NCBI RefSeq assembly: GCF_032191835.1
Contig: NC_083228.1
Location: forward strand, 53,630,001-53,694,000
DNA length: 64,000 bases
Direction of reading: 5' to 3'
Origin: Heteronotia binoei
Taxonomy: Eukaryota
In this document: positions 61,303 to 64,000 of the stretch, piece by piece
How the letters are laid out: each line of letters begins with the position of its first letter
Position numbering within the stretch: the stretch's first letter is position 1
Program-made: the position numbers and the translations under genes
The notes under the pieces: model-generated
Seen by the model: only the letters and a program-made list of their open reading frames with translations
What the model was told of the DNA's origin: nothing
Database searches by the model: none

Positions 61303-62316
61303 TCATATATGACGGCCCCTAGTACTCGGGATACTCGTGCTGGTATCCATGCTGCCCCCCCCCCCGAAGTTTTTGGCAAACACTAAGTCCCCTGTGTCAA
61401 ACCCCCGGGGGGGCTGGACCACCTCTGGTACCTCTTGCAGGTCAGGCACGTGGTCTGGATGCTTGCGATCCAGGAGGATTGTCAGCCGCCAGCCCATGAG
61501 AAGTTCTGCTGAGCCGCGGCCAGTGACCGTACTGGGGGTGGAATGTTGCGCTAAGAGGCACTCAGCAAGGTGTGCTTCCCACTCCCCATATATGATTCGA
61601 TGGAGCATTTCCTTCGTAGCCTGCACCATTCTTTCCACTTGGCTGTTAGTGGCTGGGTGAAAGGGGGCTGACCTTATGTGTTTTATTAAATTTCGGCCAC
61701 AGAAATCCTGAAACTCGGCCGAGGTGAAGGCCGTCCCATTATCCGATACTAACGTGTCGGGGAGGCCATGTGTGGCAAATAACCTGCGTAGCACCCCTAA
61801 TGCCTTCCGAGAGGAGGTGGAGGCCACTGGCACTACCTCTAGCCATTTGGAGTAGGAGTCCACAATAAGAAAGAATATATGCTCCTGGAAGGGCCCTGCG
61901 ATGTCGAGGTGCCGGTGGGACCAGGAGTTGCAAGTGGACTCCCACTGTTGGCCCAAGGTGTGGGGCAGCGCCGGATGAGTCTCCTGGCATGGGTGACATC
62001 GGGCCACCCAGGATTCAATGGCATCGTCAATTTCTGGCCACCATACATAGCTGCGGGCCAGCGCCTTCATGCGTACAATTCCCAGATGGGTTTCATGCAG
62101 CGCTGTAAAGACTCGCTGCCGCAGTACTGGGGACACCACCACCCTACTTCCCGACAACATGCACCCTTTATGCACAGACAGTTCATCCCGGTGAGATGCA
62201 AACATAGAGAATTCCAAGCCCACCCGTCCTTCTGGCCACCCCCTCCACACCCAGTTCAGTATTCGGGAGAGAGTTTTGTCCTTGGAAGAGCAGCGGGCAA
62301 AGTCCTTTGCATGCAC
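61303..62316 (-). CDS. Gypsy integrase region (337 aa open)
   Basis: LHETHLGIVRMKALARSYVWWP; CHPC; LDIAGPF; IVDSYSKWLEV; LVSDNGTAFTS; SAPFHPATN; VERMV (HHCC zinc finger and DDE core). Confidence 0.9.
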   Translation of the reverse strand: MHAKDFARCSSKDKTLSRILNWVWRGWPEGRVGLEFSMFASHRDELSVHKGCMLSGSRVVVSPVLRQRVFTALHETHLGIVRMKALARSYVWWPEIDDAIESWVARCHPCQETHPALPHTLGQQWESTCNSWSHRHLDIAGPFQEHIFFLIVDSYSKWLEVVPVASTSSRKALGVLRRLFATHGLPDTLVSDNGTAFTSAEFQDFCGRNLIKHIRSAPFHPATNSQVERMVQATKEMLHRIIYGEWEAHLAECLLAQHSTPSTVTGRGSAELLMGWRLTILLDRKHPDHVPDLQEVPEVVQPPRGFDTGDLVFAKNFGGGGSMDTSTSIPSTRGRHI

Positions 62317-62399
62317 CGGGCTGTCCGGGAGGGCTTCCAGTGAAATGATCTAGAATGCCGGGGCCAGGTCAGGGTCCATGGAGGGCAGCGCCAGGCAGC

Positions 62400-63610
62400 T
62401 CAGAGCATCAGCTTGACCCATTGCTTTCCAAGGTGATACTTAAGGTCATACAGGTACCCCACAAGGAAGATGGACCACCTTAACACCCGCGGTGAAAGCA
62501 TTTGGAGCATCTGTCGGTCGGAGGCAAACAGGCCCAGCAGGGGCTTGTGGTTCGCCAAGATAGTGAAGGGCCGGCCATACAGGTAATCGTGGAATTTTTT
62601 TACCCCTGCCACAATAGCCAGGCCCTCTTTGTCTATTTGAGCATAGTTTTGCTCTGTTTTTTAGGTCTTTGAATAATAGGCTACTGGGACCTCGTGCTCA
62701 TCCAGCAGCCTGTGGGCCAACACGGCGCTAACCTCGTAGGGCGAGTCGTCACACATGAGCATGACGGGTAGTGCTCGTCGAAGTGCGCCAGGAAGCTATT
62801 AGAAGTCAAAATGTCTTTTGCCGCCTGGAAAGTGCTGGCTTACCGACAACCCCAAACCCACAGTGCCCTTTTGTCCAGCAGTCTGTGTAAGGGCTCTGCT
62901 ACCACCACCTTGTGGGGAAGGAAGGCATGGTAGAAATTGATAATTCCCAAGAACGATTATAACTCAGCCTTGTTGGTGGGAGCGGGCCCATCACAAAGGG
63001 CCTTTATTTTGTCCTGGGCCGGATGAATGCTGCTCGCATCCACCATTTACCCTAGAAAATCTATGGTGGGCACCCCCAATACACATTTTTCCCATTTTAC
63101 CTTTAACCCTGCCCCCTTGAAATGCTGTAACACCATTTGGAGGCGGTTGCCGAATTCGTCTTCAGTGGCTGTTGCAATCAGCACATCGTCGAAGAATGGC
63201 TGTGCCCCGGGGATGCCTTTGAGAAGGGAATACATTAAGTTCTGAAACAGTCCCGGAGCCATGCTGACCCCGGTGCTTTATGATAGTTTGCACTTCCGCT
63301 GTGGCTGCATCCACAGGGAGCTGTTGGTATGCTTGTGCCAAATCCAGTTTCCCAAAGATTTTTGCTCCCGTTAGGGATGCTAACATGTGGCTCACCACGG
63401 GAATGGGGTATGCATGGCCTTGCAGTGCCTTATTTATTGTGCATTTATAGTCAGCGCAGATTTGTATGCTGCCATTGGGTTTGATCGGGGTTACTATGGG
63501 AGTCTCCCACTTTGCATTAGCAACTGGTTCCAGAACCCCTTGGGCCACAAGGCAGTCCAGCTCCTCTTCGATCTTGGGCCTGAGGGCTAGTGGCACTAGG
63601 GTGGCCATAA
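62400..63610 (-). pseudogene. Gypsy RT and RNase H (frameshifted)
   Basis: WETPIVTPIKPNGSIQICADYK, KLDLAQAYQQL, FFDDVLI, GVKKFHDYLYGRPFTILANHKPL. Confidence 0.9.
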
Positions 63611-64000
63611 TATCTGCAGGCCAGCCAGGGACACCTTGAGGGGGGAAGGAATGTGTGTGCCCGTCCCTGTGCCATCGGTCCCATCGTTGTGGGACCCAGG
63701 GGGCCGGCGCAGCGGCCTGCCGAAGCAGCCTGTCACTAATAACACAGGTGGAGATGCAGGACAGGAACCCGGAAGTGACCGACAGGCTGCTTCAGCCGGC
63801 CGCTGCGCCGGCCCCCTGGGTCCCACAACCATGGGACCGATGCCACAGGGACGGGCTCGAAGCACTCTATAACCCCTCAAAAGAACAGCAGTCTAGCTCG
63901 CTTCCCCCGAGCCCTGCCGCCATAAGCCTCAAGGGGGCTCATTTTGCGGCATCTCCCGGCAGGAGGGTGGCACCCGCATGGGACACATATCAAATGAAAG

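Larger units (their letters stand above)
60573..64000 (-). mobile_element. Ty3/Gypsy LTR retrotransposon, degraded, continues beyond the window
   Basis: RT, RNase H and integrase in Gypsy order, polypurine tract and 3' LTR. Confidence 0.92.

Overview
Vertebrate nuclear DNA, most likely from a gecko or related squamate, judged from the repeat families recalled from memory (Sauria/Squam-type SINEs, squamate CR1, L1, L2, Ngaro-type DIRS). It is AT-rich, looks intronic or intergenic, and has four assembly gaps. Roughly half is transposon-derived: a degraded L2 LINE (3.3-5.95 kb); a 5'-complete, 3'-truncated L1/Tx1-type LINE on the minus strand (11.6-17.8 kb) with a young CR1 (562-aa open RT frame) inserted in its endonuclease; a tyrosine-recombinase (DIRS/Ngaro-type) retrotransposon (about 23.6-27.8 kb); a Ty3/Gypsy LTR element running off the right end; several SINEs (tRNA-, 5S- and Sauria-type); and many short hAT-type MITEs with readable 8-bp TSDs, two of them nested inside the same palindromic MITE family. 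I could not name any host gene. There is a set of well-formed minus-strand exon candidates (57.8, 33.0, 32.5, 22.3, 21.9, 8.7 kb); two carry a single in-frame TGA, suggesting a lncRNA or a decaying gene. I found no clear novel biological system. The best leads are this exon set, the Ngaro element, the modular hAT family and the palindromic MITE family.
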